In this document: one piece after another, positions 10,101 through 19,915 of the stretch | Numbering within the stretch: the stretch's first letter is position 1 | Layout of the letters: each line of letters starts with the position of its first letter | From: Paraphysomonas bandaiensis | Taxonomy: Eukaryota > Protista > Chrysophyceae | DNA: 64,000 nt | Direction of reading: 5' to 3' | NCBI GenBank assembly: GCA_965644295.1 | Contig: CBFFRP010000440.1 | Location: 1-64,000 of the forward strand | The notes under the pieces: model-generated | Databases searched by the model: none | What the model was told of the DNA's origin: nothing | The model's input: the letters and a program-made list of their open reading frames with translations, nothing else | Position numbers and translations under genes: made by a program

Positions 10101-13100
10101 GTCACTTTCATCGTAATTTACGACCTTTTTGGCTTTCCGGGTTGGCTGGCATCGACTTGTCAACGCAGTTTGGGCGTGTTTCAACTGCATCTTCTTGTGC
10201 GATGGTAGTGCTCCAGGGGTTGAAGCCTGCAGAATCTGTCGATTTGTTCGTGCTAACTTGGTGCTGCTGGACGAGGTTGTTCTGGTGCTGGTCGTCTTTG
10301 ATGTCCTATTGTTGTTCGTGATTGAGTCCGCGGGAAGTGTAGGTGGAGCGATGGGGTCAGACGTTGAGAGTATACTGGTGGCCAAGGTGTTTTCAAGAGA
10401 TAGTAGGGCGTTGTCTAGGGCAGTAGAAAGACCGGCAGGGTCTAAGAGGAAGTAGTGAGCATCTTGTAGTATGACATGGTAGTAGTTATCACGAATAGCG
10501 TTCCTAAGTTCCTCCACCTTCCATGCGATGTTATAAGCTACTTTGTCAGTAGGGATGCCTACAATGCTGAGATAATTACCATTTTGCGCCCACGTCGTGC
10601 AGGGGTTGATAGTAGAGGCTAAAAGGTGGACCTCTCGCACTGAGAGCCAGTGAGTTATGTCGTCCTCCGTAGTGTATGTTGTTTTGGCAGGTATTAAAAG
10701 TGCGGCCTGTGCGTGATCCAACTTATGTCGTAGTGGCTGAAGTGTGTGATGGGCCATGCACTCCCGTTGCATTGTGTCGAACGCTTGGGTGCCTAATGTA
10801 TTTATAAAAGATGCTAGCGTGTGACGGTCCTTGCGTTGTTTGAGGTCTAATTTCAGACAGGAGCGAGTGTGTCGCCTGCTTGAAGCAAGAATGTGCAGAT
10901 GATAGAGTGTACTGTATGCGCAGTATCCATCACTTGGGATATGTTGTTGTGTGCGAAGGGCTGAGGGTCTGAGGGTGAGGCGATAGACTCTGCTCATGTC
11001 GCACATATGGAGCCTGAGTTGTCGACGGTCCGTGGGGTTCATCTGCCGTAGTTGACGTCGAGCTCTCAGTGACAAGGAGACTGCAATTACTTCCCTCTGT
11101 TCCTGTTGCTCTCTTTGCTCATGTAGCATAGATGGTACAGTTGACGGTTCAGAAGTCCAGATGATGTTGGTGCTCTGTCTGGAGGTCTGGTGTTGTAGAA
11201 AACAGGATAGCCGCTCCTGAGTTCGTGTTAGAGCGTGCATGATGGAGGTGGGGATATTTGTTGCATTTAGTATGTGAAACCCATGCTGGCTGCGTATGAT
11301 GTCATGGGTTACCACAGTGTTGGTAGAAGCGTGCACTGTTAGTGCCTGTCTGGAGAATGGTGATAGCTGTGCCCAACCAGGCGCCAGGTGCGGTTGACCA
11401 GCGTCCCATAGTCTGCATGGTATGGAGAGAAGATCGAGTAGCAGTTGGAAATCCTCCGTGTCTAGATGTAGTCCTGTGTGTGGATTCGAGGATTCATATT
11501 GCATAAGTGTCTTACGGAGAGTGACAGTGGCTGTTGAGGGAATACCCTTTGTCAGGCAAAGGGTCCGCACATGCCTAGATACAACATGAGTGGAGTCTGC
11601 CCAGGGTTTGTTGCCATTCGCGAGATGCTGGGCAACTAGTAGGGCGCTGTGCGTGGTGTCCAATTTGTGCTCTGGTAGCGTGAATGATATCATGAGATCA
11701 TAGTTGTCCGTCCTGGAAGCCTTGGCTATGAATCCTTCCCATATGTCTAAACAGGCAGGGGATAGCATGTGTGCGTATATTTCTTTTAAAAGGTTTCCCT
11801 GTGGGGAGGCAGCAATAGTTTGGGTTTCATCATATCTAACCCAGTTGTTCAGCAGATCGGAGTGAAAGGGCGTGTGACCCCGGCCCTCTGTGTAGTGTAG
11901 GGGGTATGTGGCAATATCCTTGGGCAGTACATCCGGCCTGAGGTCAGGAGTGGTAGTGGAGAGTGAGGATGGGCCGTCTGGGGCTAATGCTGGAGTTCCC
12001 ATGGTGTTCAGTTGAGTAAGGTTGGTGGTAGGTGGCTTCCGTTTGACTGGGAAATAGTCAAATAACGTTGCATACGGTGTGGTGGCATCCTTAGTGGGTA
12101 AGGGTAATGTGTGGGTGGATTTGCTAGGTCCGTCACCGCTGTTATCGGAGGAGAATTCCTTCCCCTGAAGGGCGTGGGAGGGATGGTTGATGGACCTGGC
12201 ACGGTGGACTCCTTGCATTCCCTTGGAATGACATTGCAACACATTTTGGAGACGCATGATGACGAGGTCAGGAATTCTCTCGAGTAGCGCGTGTAGTTCC
12301 AACTCCACCGGGTATTTGGTGTCCAGGAAGAAGTGATCGTTGGAGCAAAACACATCATAAGATGGAAGGAATTGAGTTTGTGGAAGGAAGGAGGAATAGT
12401 GGGTGGACCAGTACGCCCAGTAAGGGAGAGGCGATAGTTTGTCTGGGGGTTTTCTAGGAGGAGGTAGAGTGTACTGTGTGTGTGTATGACACTGCAGTGG
12501 TGTTATGAGTGTGTTGGACAGTGAGAGAGAGCTGGTGATGTGTCCAACAGTACAGGTAGACAGGTACATGGACATGGTGATGTGTCCAACAGTACAGGTA
12601 GACAGGTACATGGACATGGTGATGTGTCCAACAGCAGTAGAGGTATACACGGAATGGTATACATCCTGTAGGACACAGTAGTACAGTAGTCGAGTATACC
12701 GTATGCGGAATACAGTGTCTATCCAATGAGATGGATGGGCTGTGGGGGTGATAGGTGAACAGGGTGAGGGGGTAGCCTGCTGGGTGCATAGACCACAGAC
12801 AAACCATGTTGGGTTGGGTTGAGTGGGCGGCAGAAGGCAGCCCTGTTGCACAGTTGAGAGGGATCGAGAGTATTCAGTGATTGCATAGGGGGTCCATGGG
12901 GGTCGTTTTCGTGAGCCTGCTCGCACGAGCCATGTTCTGAGAGGTTGTAGCCGTAGAAAGCGATGGGTGAGACGAAGTTGTCTGCTGAGGGGATAGCACG
13001 TAGGTGCGGTCAGCGCTGCATTGGTGCAGGCACGTGGTTTAACTGAAGTAGTTGAGTAGGGTGAAGGTTGCAAGGCCAGGCAGGGGGGCTTGGAGCGTGT

Positions 13101-13220
13101 ACAACATGGTGTGACAGGTAATTTGTCAGAAGCGTGGTGGTCAACAAAATGCAGCAGTAAGGGAGTGTAAAAGGCCCTGGGCACACTGATGTGACTCAGC
13201 CACAGTCTCAATAGAGACAT
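4170..13220 (-). CDS. LINE polyprotein: OTU-like protease motif, SET, AP endonuclease, reverse transcriptase, RNase H, CCHC finger (3016 aa)
   Basis: OTU-like IPSDGYCAYS (~10940) and QDAHYFLL (~10457). SET KGLSLYA/IIAEYKG/GYINDP/EELLINYGHHYW (9636-9970). APE TWNTNG/SVYLPP/AGDFNG/RIDHIL/DHRPV (8640-9465). RT APGPS/LRPIGLL/QHGYR/DFKKAFDS/GITQG/FADD/YLG (6480-7530). RNase H IFTDGS/YELIG/TDCQ/WVRSH/ADAVA (5400-5910). CSDC..HMCLDC (~4915-4972). Confidence 0.95.
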   Translation of the reverse strand: MSLLRLWLSHISVPRAFYTPLLLHFVDHHASDKLPVTPCCTRSKPPCLALQPSPYSTTSVKPRACTNAALTAPTCYPLSRQLRLTHRFLRLQPLRTWLVRAGSRKRPPWTPYAITEYSRSLSTVQQGCLLPPTQPNPTWFVCGLCTQQATPSPCSPITPTAHPSHWIDTVFRIRYTRLLYYCVLQDVYHSVYTSTAVGHITMSMYLSTCTVGHITMSMYLSTCTVGHITSSLSLSNTLITPLQCHTHTQYTLPPPRKPPDKLSPLPYWAYWSTHYSSFLPQTQFLPSYDVFCSNDHFFLDTKYPVELELHALLERIPDLVIMRLQNVLQCHSKGMQGVHRARSINHPSHALQGKEFSSDNSGDGPSKSTHTLPLPTKDATTPYATLFDYFPVKRKPPTTNLTQLNTMGTPALAPDGPSSLSTTTPDLRPDVLPKDIATYPLHYTEGRGHTPFHSDLLNNWVRYDETQTIAASPQGNLLKEIYAHMLSPACLDIWEGFIAKASRTDNYDLMISFTLPEHKLDTTHSALLVAQHLANGNKPWADSTHVVSRHVRTLCLTKGIPSTATVTLRKTLMQYESSNPHTGLHLDTEDFQLLLDLLSIPCRLWDAGQPHLAPGWAQLSPFSRQALTVHASTNTVVTHDIIRSQHGFHILNATNIPTSIMHALTRTQERLSCFLQHQTSRQSTNIIWTSEPSTVPSMLHEQREQQEQREVIAVSLSLRARRQLRQMNPTDRRQLRLHMCDMSRVYRLTLRPSALRTQQHIPSDGYCAYSTLYHLHILASSRRHTRSCLKLDLKQRKDRHTLASFINTLGTQAFDTMQRECMAHHTLQPLRHKLDHAQAALLIPAKTTYTTEDDITHWLSVREVHLLASTINPCTTWAQNGNYLSIVGIPTDKVAYNIAWKVEELRNAIRDNYYHVILQDAHYFLLDPAGLSTALDNALLSLENTLATSILSTSDPIAPPTLPADSITNNNRTSKTTSTRTTSSSSTKLARTNRQILQASTPGALPSHKKMQLKHAQTALTSRCQPTRKAKKVVNYDESDQPTNLHNSHQSTTTRTIRPTPALDTTSWDKDWSRKFYIAYADNTAKGLSLYAKNTFPADVIIAEYKGKRYPLTKLSQSARRSDYIVQDSTGTFAIDGFDQVRQCVTCEAGYINDPLATNMANVKFVTKNKRLYVRTIRPIAKDEELLINYGHHYWCDQRWPLEILIQARAAYDSDIGGANKAVWDRLLADKSGTPTETSSSIPKAPSGAAMGLRLSTWNTNGNPASHTGKVQAIIRHFKRQKLDVLLLQDVRLTETQANFFTRIIEDAIQGSRICLFLSKQPKLTSRDPLMGGTVVIISEYWKRRLAFTKADFTGLGLVSRLEFKTSVAHTLVLISVYLPPKPSTPGSCTLWSKLTKLGRASRGICTADPYKLLCNILTKWVTKARAKDHTVIVAGDFNGSMETNPKGRDIRPLADKLQLAAPLHELLLPRKTYHTFHRLDKGISRIDHILHTPLLPNMSVTDTGCLDSPSLLAAAFDHRPVWVGFTVPVNLDPRPPESHLRIPPRLNVNPKDSKEVQAYTARLLQLHAQLPHLDNGSSAILPPEVAANRLAAIHHITLQASLEAKRPACTYSTRLHERCQRKRSKFKNGFSPEMRVIQEGMIMVLRIIQKMFNSAGYKRHGWRGPPATTPTHEIITAWFIRWDSYLRSSQGHIKGISDINFWCSHRNADPRVILGWNEKQATKKNLLRIALRLRGLLHGRARTEMRTRLTARTNQMEALLQQKRLQAILQKIGLKVKTPLRLTTVKTTDGHILTTPQDIHEGINAHFREHHAKPPGLDPVAQQLQDDPTWWKSLLDPGSATCQEPLHPRSKIPLPLQLGLRRALCTKTTPAMAATLKSTLAKDITQDEFYCTLHSLSFNRAPGPSMVSSNMVKSWPPVVQREAYILTRSLWKHKHVPIWWRDRVMSPILKKPGESSLTNLRPIGLLEVSRKILTRIITHRILTVWEEQKVLHPSQHGYRWRNGTDTAILRVLAAAEEARRKGDQHICTLWDFKKAFDSIAPNLMRLAWARLGVPDDVVDWFGNLDAGGLTFPWTPFMANNIEPRSLLDLLSADGHFIALFSLGFEAERGITQGGTESTCAWVALYDILLTWLDIELSTTSPTLPTIQLTTPTTGEIKISFADDLNTIAKSIHAAQLIAQQISAFCVLSGMELSIPKVVCTVFPILQDSNKSSDPIGYIILYDWSWRPHPVPIQTSLESIHYLGADLPLTITDKASHDWCLKYLKVVTTHLGIKQASAGCKVMVIETQIIPTLLYRATKASWPLHWYREIDAACATLYRKALSLGPGYPTELIYLSLKHNGLGMKRFSDSAQEQKWGSLQRAITLGGEAGQAAHFLLTQTTEPQPQYHHYVLSLREWGTELGLTLQQPEPPEPQDEHMLTNLKQELGLNSVQPDTFKAIFTDGSYTASALSTRRLTHVNPRTRWTHRGGAAVVYLPPENAWEDGTTIILRLDTPFRDVPGLDSYAYELIGTAMGLILSTRIPEHIRSHTDCQAVCTRTEEALSTRRRALGHRAKGVLLESIAASRDCKRQVTWVRSHPERRTTDETEWTFEDKGIYIADAVAGEDWHEVDRILGKNNYTVCTIAIDSAIERLLTAGLWHWRLHSTRRPYYSSPLLTDFQDLCDLRTLENYTSTRDQRYGNNPDRAPGYWTNSGVHLPRKLAQADGSASKDKLSSNLRQRILNTALTWDKSFCIGRNRAKTKQGLDLTKAACSDCGFRLDSLKHMCLDCTHESITQIRETAFQSHKNVLHEIQRTQNLPNWITSALRRLSSRAWNPSIPQVERYWTGTITAAQLETVFGDDIHNHLTAHSLRNLETVVINLLQPLYTAAKLMLQDRGCRYITMSKRPPRLLPRPRPKRSQSRQRPRVLRLLGVQRRPPTAYPTPDTRAHLTGPTRQSTGLPRPPQRRRLRQLYLHPRPHRSTVTHTTNPTPPPNNPHHSQPTHLELGALRTLIQNAEPPPKPMETHPKGRPPDQKRR
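12533..12633. repeat. In-frame 42-bp tandem repeat within the LINE ORF (about 2.4 copies)
   Basis: tggtgatgtgtccaacagtacaggtagacaggtacatggaca is repeated and encodes TCTVGHITMSMYLS. Confidence 0.9.
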
Positions 13221-13344
13221 TGGGCTTGGAGCTGGTTAATAGAGTGAAACTTTATGTTGGACTGTATTTGCCATCGTAGGGCAGAGAATTTTTATGAATT
13301 ACTAACAAGCATTAAAGCATAGAGCTCTATATAATATTTTCTAA

Positions 13345-13495
13345 CATTTTGTCTCAAAAAAGCTTTTTTGACCTGATTTGGGCTCAACAGAACGCTCATA
13401 TCAGCACCGGACAAATATAGACATTCCATTGCATTTAACTTCGATATTCGGTTTACCAGAAGCTCACTTCTATCTTAATTATGATATTGACAGTC
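13345..13495. repeat. Dispersed repeat; inverted homologue at 29518-29660
   Basis: tttgacctgatttgggctcaacagaacgctcatatcagcaccggacaaatatagacatt...tatcttaattatgatattgacagt matches the reverse complement of 29518-29660. Confidence 0.65.
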
Positions 13496-14434
13496 ATATG
13501 TATGTGCTTTTATTATATTACACTAGAGAAACCACAATGATGACATAAATCATTAGACACTTCAAGTTATACTCCACCCTTCGTCTCTTCGTCTGACGAT
13601 GTGGAAGATCATAATGATGTCAGTGCAAGCGATCTATCTTCATAGCCAGGGCTTTGAAACAACTTCAAGTATATTTCAGGTGAGTTTAAGTGCCTTATCT
13701 GATGCTGTATAGGTGGTAAATGGCAGGAATCCAGTTCTTTCAGTGTTCGGGTTACATTGTGCTTATGAGAGGATATTGTGTGCCTCACATCATTTAATCA
13801 GGTGCATTAGCAGAGGTTAAGCGTATTGTATATAAATGTATGTGATGATGATGCTAATTAAGCAATAAGAAGCCTTTTGTGCGACTACAACTGATCACAT
13901 TCATCATCACATTTATGTACGAATTTTAACAACTCGCAGTTGCTATTTCATCAGTATCCTTCTGTGGTAGGAGTGCAGTTGTTGTAGCTATTATATATAT
14001 AGAAATTTGGGGTTTTTGTTATAAATAGAAAATTGCTATTCCCAAAGCATACACAGTCAGTATACATATATACCATTCATTTGAAACAATACAAATTCCC
14101 GTTTGTTTTCTTAATGTTAATCAGGAAACACCTATTTCTTATTACAGCAAGCAAGCTACTAATAGCTATACAATCTAATATTATTAAGTTCTCAACATCA
14201 TAAGAATAAGCTACAATTTATCTAGAAGAAGTAAACAATGTGCAAACGTGGGAAATTTAAAAAATTTGGGAAAATCTAGTAGATTTTACTAGACTTTTAA
14301 GAATTGTTGTAGAATGGCTCTAAAAGTGCTTGAATGCAATAGTACAGTGTGAATATTAGTTTTATTAATATTTAGGTCTTATAGGACACACCAACAGCAC
14401 GTTTCCTTTTACCAGTAACTATTCCTTAAGGGAT

Positions 14435-14523
14435 AAGGAGTATTGTCCCTTGTCTAAATTTTAAAACTCTGGCTTTTCGCCCTCGTTTCAAAATTTTGAG
14501 CGCGGGACGATATAGCCTCCTTT
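14435..14523. repeat. Imperfect palindrome or MITE relic
   Basis: aaggagtattgtcccttgtctaaattttaaaac versus the reverse complement of the right arm, aaggaggctatatcgtcccgcgctcaaaattttgaaac. Confidence 0.45.
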
Positions 14524-15088
14524 CTCTTTATTGCCCGTGGATAAATATAACTATATATGGACGACAGAAGAGTGATCACGCTTCCAGTTCTTCAGTGTGA
14601 TGTGTGATGCGATATATAATTGAAGTGAGTTAATAGAGTGCAATTAGTGAAATCAACTCATTGGTGTGACGGGTGATTGTAATTACAAAGTGAAGTAAAT
14701 TCAGTTACTGATGTGTGACTATAGAACATTATAAGATATAGGAGAAACTGGTGAACATATATATGATAAACATATGTCTCTGCGAAGTATATACTGCAAC
14801 CAATACAGCTGGACTACGCGACCATATAAGTTTGCTTTAACTTTATAGCAGATCTCAAAGACAGCAGATCATAGTCTGACGTCATCATTATCAGCAGCCC
14901 AGTCATATCAATCTTCGCAATAGCGTAGCTAGTTTGTTTGTAAAATCTTGCGGCTGAAGGACAAACAGAAAATGTCAACAACTATTCGAATTCTGCGTTC
15001 TACGTTCAGAAAATTAAGTTCAAATGCATCGACATCGCCTATATGTATTATATTTTAATTATTAGCTCATTGTAATAAATACGATACT

Positions 15089-18000
15089 CTATGATGGAAG
15101 AAGAGTCTGAATCTTTGAGTGTACTTCACATAAGTGATCAACATACGACATGCACCCTGTAGCCACAAATCAAAATCACATAAACAGTAAATCAATTCAA
15201 ACAAACCATATATGGAGTCTTCTATCAAGCGAATACCAAACCGCAACACATCAGCTGAGTTGGAATTTAACTCTCCTCCCCAAACAATCTTCAACTCTAC
15301 ATAAAGAACACGGTGAATACGCAATAACATTTGATGGTAGAATGAATTGAACCTGGAGGGTAGGAACTATCCTCCCTTGCACACTGCACTATGTTATGGA
15401 CTCGCAGAGAACGCTCCGAACGTGGAAGAAGGGCAGGTGGAATACTTCCGCTACTGTTGCATCTCATATTCCCTCGTCTAGAATCTGAGGCTGCGGAGGT
15501 GAAGGAACTAGCGCGGGAAAGGCAATCGCTCTCGACCACCTGATATTCTTTTCTATCAGCAGGAGGGATGGGGGAGGCATTGCTTGCAGGGGGAGAACTC
15601 CCAGGATTTGCGCCAAGGAGCTCACGAACTATGTCCTGACTTGCACACCGACCAATATAGAGCCATAGAAACTCTCCATCATCCAGTAGATAGACACCTT
15701 CAGAGTCTATACTCTCAGCAGAACACTTCTTCCAGTCTGGCATCTGAATCTGTGACCCCTATACTCATGGCACGACACAATCATACTGTGATTACAACAA
15801 ATGTAAATGGAGCGTACCTCCTCATCTCTAGTTGCATCAGGGATTACTTGGTACCCATCCCCCTCCTGAAGTGAATGCAGCGCGTAGAGCCTCGGATAGA
15901 GGCTGCGTACAGTCTCGCGCACAGACATTCGTAACATTGAAGTCAATTGGTAAGCACGTTCGCAGCACCCCGTACCCAACTTGTCAGACTGCCCCCCTGG
16001 TAGCCCAGCGCCACCTCTGTTCACAGCACTGTTGTGGAGTAGCATTGGATGCTTAAGCAAACTCAAAACATACAGCGGGAGCACTTTAAGAGCCTCGGGA
16101 AGGATCAGCTGGCCTTTTGGAGAGTGGGAGGAGCAGAGCACACGATACTTGAGCAATATATCAATGCACATATCCAGCAGACGTTGTCTGACGTTTTTCA
16201 CGTTTCTGCTCCCGTTCGGTGTGTATGCATTGGCGGCTACTTTATCTGATGATAGTGGATACCGCAAAGCGCTGTCTGCAGCACATTTGCACATGTACGT
16301 TATCAGACAATCACAATCCGCATGTCGAAAGATGACCACAGGATCTGTGGATGTATGAACCACTAAAGTGTGCACTCGCACAATGCGCTGCGCGGCGGGC
16401 TGAGACGTATAGAGCACAGCTAGTTGTAAACAAAGTGGGTCACCATCCTTGAGAGAGCTTGAATTAGCTTGCAATAATAGACAGCAAGTTTGGTTGCGGT
16501 CCACACCACTGAGAATCACTTCCCCATCCTCAGGAATATAGCGGCCATCACCGTAATATTCACTCACTCTAAAACCCGCAGAGCATCGCAGCTTCATCAC
16601 TGCCTCCGACCCGACAACACTCTGCACCGCGCCCAGCAATTGCTGTTTACATCATAAAGAGCTGCTGTAAAAAATACAAAATACTTACCGCTTGAAGTCT
16701 GTTTGCATTATCTTCCAGATGCAATGAGCCGGAAAATAAATGTAATACGCCTCCTGATGACCGGCAGATCTCTGCAAAGATTGCGCTGTTATCTGGGCTC
16801 GCGCGTCGTTGTTGCGTCATCAAATGAGCAGATGAGGTTCCAGAAGGTCTTTCGGTCGATATATATTCCTCCTGCATCTCTGCGCTCAGACATGGTACGA
16901 AGAAGAAAATATCTACGCATGTGCCTTGATTGCTGAAAGTTTGCCCCAGGTCAATGTAACTCTGTAACGTCGCACGTTCCTCAGGTGAGAGATTCTTTTC
17001 TTGCTCTAATACACTCTCCAGGGAACCATAGTAACTATGCTCCTCAGGCGTACCGTATGTCGACAGCTTTGGCTTTCTTTTAATCTTTCCGAAACCTGGT
17101 TAGTATAGACATCGTGATAAATTATCCCATGAAATTTGCATCATACGTACCTATATCTGGGTTACTATCCGTCAGCAACAGCACACGGCCCCCTATCCCC
17201 TCCAGAGCCAGTTGTACTGCCTTGAGCGCTGCCGTTGGGCAAGAGTACGACAACATGTGACGACTACTATCCAGAGCTGCGGTGGAAGCTACACGTCTGC
17301 TGCCTGGCGAGTGACCCCCAGACAGAGGAAGTCGGGGGCCACGGGAGTTTAGAGGTGGGGCGGAAGCATCGGAACAGGAATCAACTAGTTCCGGGATGCG
17401 ATCCAAAAGGATGTCAATGTCATCCATCTGCTCGCACAAATTCATTAGCCAGCTGGAAGGTGGAATGGCTGGAAAGGGGTCTTCCGGGTCTACCACGAAC
17501 ATACCTATACAGTATAAGGGATACATGGAAAGCGACAAAGAACATACTTATTGGTTCTGGGGCACCTCGTCTGACCCAATAGAACTGAAGTTGACTGCTA
17601 AATGTAAAAATTCCAACACGAATTAGTTCTGCTTCAACAGGACTGCCTTCGTCTTCCACTACAGTAGCTCCCTACATACATGTATTATGAATAATGATCC
17701 ACATTACTGTTCCAAAGAAACTGTACCTCATTGAGATCACTGAGTGGGTCGGTAGAGGGTGAAACCGAGCGGTCGGAAGTGGCCCACATAAATAGCTCCT
17801 GCAATGTGTGACGTACAGCATCCAGACTGGCAGATGCTGCTCCTGAAGCAAGAGCACGAGGAGAGACATCGATGCAGAATACATAAACTGGTTCCTGTGG
17901 GTCCTTAAGGCAATAATCTTTCGAGACTCTAAAGTCCACTGACCCACAGCATAGCTCAAATTTCGAATACCTATCAACTCGTTGAGAGGCTCCATCTAAA

Positions 18001-19361
18001 GAAGAGTAGTACCATGGTGCGGTCGTGTTAGTAGCAAAGCAGAGGTTACAGACCCACTTGTTCCCACCCTCCGTCCATGTTACATGTGGATTGATGTATG
18101 CACGACATCTCTCACATCTGACGGGGTTTCCATCGTCACTACCATATTCCAAGCAGTCCACAAGTGGAACCTCACATTCTCCGCTCTCTGGTAGCGCAAA
18201 AGGGGTAGCAACCACAGCAAGGGGTAACATCACCCTGGATGCGGTGGACCGGTCGGAAGGTGGCGCAACGGTGGACACCCGCATATATCTAGGGCCAGCA
18301 TTGCCAGTGTCCACCGCTGTAAAGTTAGCAGTGGCTGAAGGAGGCACTCTCCGCGTTCCAAGTGAAGGGCGAGTATGATACAAGGATGGTGGTCCTCTTG
18401 TTGGAGGGCGAGGTCGGGGCATTTGGTTGACATCGATCCTTGAGCGGGGTGGGCTTCTGGATTTTTTCTTCGGTACCCCCACACCGCCCATGGCTGCACC
18501 TCCATCACGTTGAGCTCGCCGCATAGATGGACTGTTGCACGTCCCTACTCCCTCCACATTTCTTGACCATTGGGGAGATTTAGAACGAGATCGAGAAATA
18601 GGAGGGCCTACCGTAGGCGGACCTAATTCTCTGCCCCGCTGTGTTTCAGAAGTTTGAGCACGCATCTTGGGTGCAGGTAAGGTGTGATTTGCCGGTGGTG
18701 GAGGGACACTATGAAATTCTGCCGCTGAAGAATTGAGAACACTACCATACTCTGGACGGGTCTGCTGAAAAGGTTGATAGGCCTGATATTGGTTTTGCTG
18801 AACTGGTGGAGGAGGGATAGAAGGTGGTGGGAATGTGGGGGGAGGAGCCCCACTTTGCGGAGGAGGAGGGGCCAAATTCAGTGAAGGGGACTGGCTGATT
18901 GTACTGCTGTTCATAACTCCTGCTGCGGTGTTCGCCGTCTGAGATGGTGGAGATGCCACAGTAGCAGACGATGGCGGAGGCTGAATGGACGTCTGACTCG
19001 CCGGAAGGCGTGGAAACCGAGGATCCACAGATCCAGGTGGACTATTGTCACGACTACTTGGAGTAATTGGAACTGCAAAGGGTTCATTTGGAGGGCTACT
19101 ACTGAGTGATGGAGGGCTGTAGTCAGCCGGTCCGCTCTGTGATCGCTGTATCGGACCTCTGCTGTGACTCGGAGACGTAAACGACGGCAATTTCTTCAAA
19201 CTCTTCGGTTCTGTGCTGCTCCCTCTATTGGTCCGAGGTGTGGAGAAACTGTTACCAGTCATAGACGACCCCTGTCTATTTAATACTTTAGGGTTATCAC
19301 TAACTGGAGTCGTCACACTGCTGAACGACGCCGCTTTCTTTCTCTCGGGTGTTGTTGCCAT
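15089..19361 (-). CDS. SEC24: COPII coat protein Sec24 (multi-exon)
   Basis: Pro/Ser-rich N-terminus, zinc finger CERCRAYINP..WVCNLC, trunk PVYVFCIDVS, helical LILPEALKVLPLY, gelsolin-like GVYLLDDGEFLWLYIG, C-terminal SYVDHLCEVHSKI. Confidence 0.93.
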
Positions 19362-19915
19362 GCCTCTTGTGTTCAATACACGTAGCTGGCGTGCAGTGAA
19401 TACACCCGATAGATGAAGGGGACGATGATGTTAAGGGATGACTAATAAAGAGATCACTGCGACCGACTGTCTCTCGCCTCTTGAAATGAAGCAATGAGGT
19501 ACTGCTGTGTGTGTCTACAGCAGTACGGAGTACTTCTCTATACACACACGTACTGCGGTACTTGTACAGCCTACAGACATCTAGACATTGTCGGTGTGCA
19601 CTATACATACACCAGTACACACAATATAGTGTATAAAACCCGTATATCCTAACGAATATCTGTGTATTTGTGTATTCCAGGAGGCAGGTACAGTATTTCA
19701 TAGTATTTCATGGTTGTGCAAACAACAAGCATACAGGAACTTCTGCATGTATTCCTGCAATATTCTTCTCTGTATTCGTATGGTATACTGCTGTATATTG
19801 TACTGTGGTTTTAGTTGTGCTGTATGTGCGTCTGTGCATTGAGTTTATTTATTGGCTTGTGAACTGAAGCAGTCAGCCATAACTTCATCTCTGCTATTGA
19901 CTCTCACCCTCCTAT

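Larger units (their letters stand above)
3936..13291 (-). mobile_element. Full-length non-LTR retrotransposon (LINE), single ORF, 13-bp TSD
   Basis: TSD ttatgaattacta at 3923-3935 and 13292-13304. The 5' boundary matches the start of a second copy at 23429. The 3' end (GACATTCACTAC) is shared with other copies. ORF has APE-RT-RNase H. Confidence 0.95.

Noticed and set aside
12533-12633. Possible CRISPR-like repeat
   Set aside because: Head-to-tail tandem units without spacers, inside a eukaryotic retroelement ORF.
4234-12807. Many small ORFs overlapping the 3016-aa ORF on either strand
   Set aside because: Shadow ORFs of a long coding region with no independent motifs.
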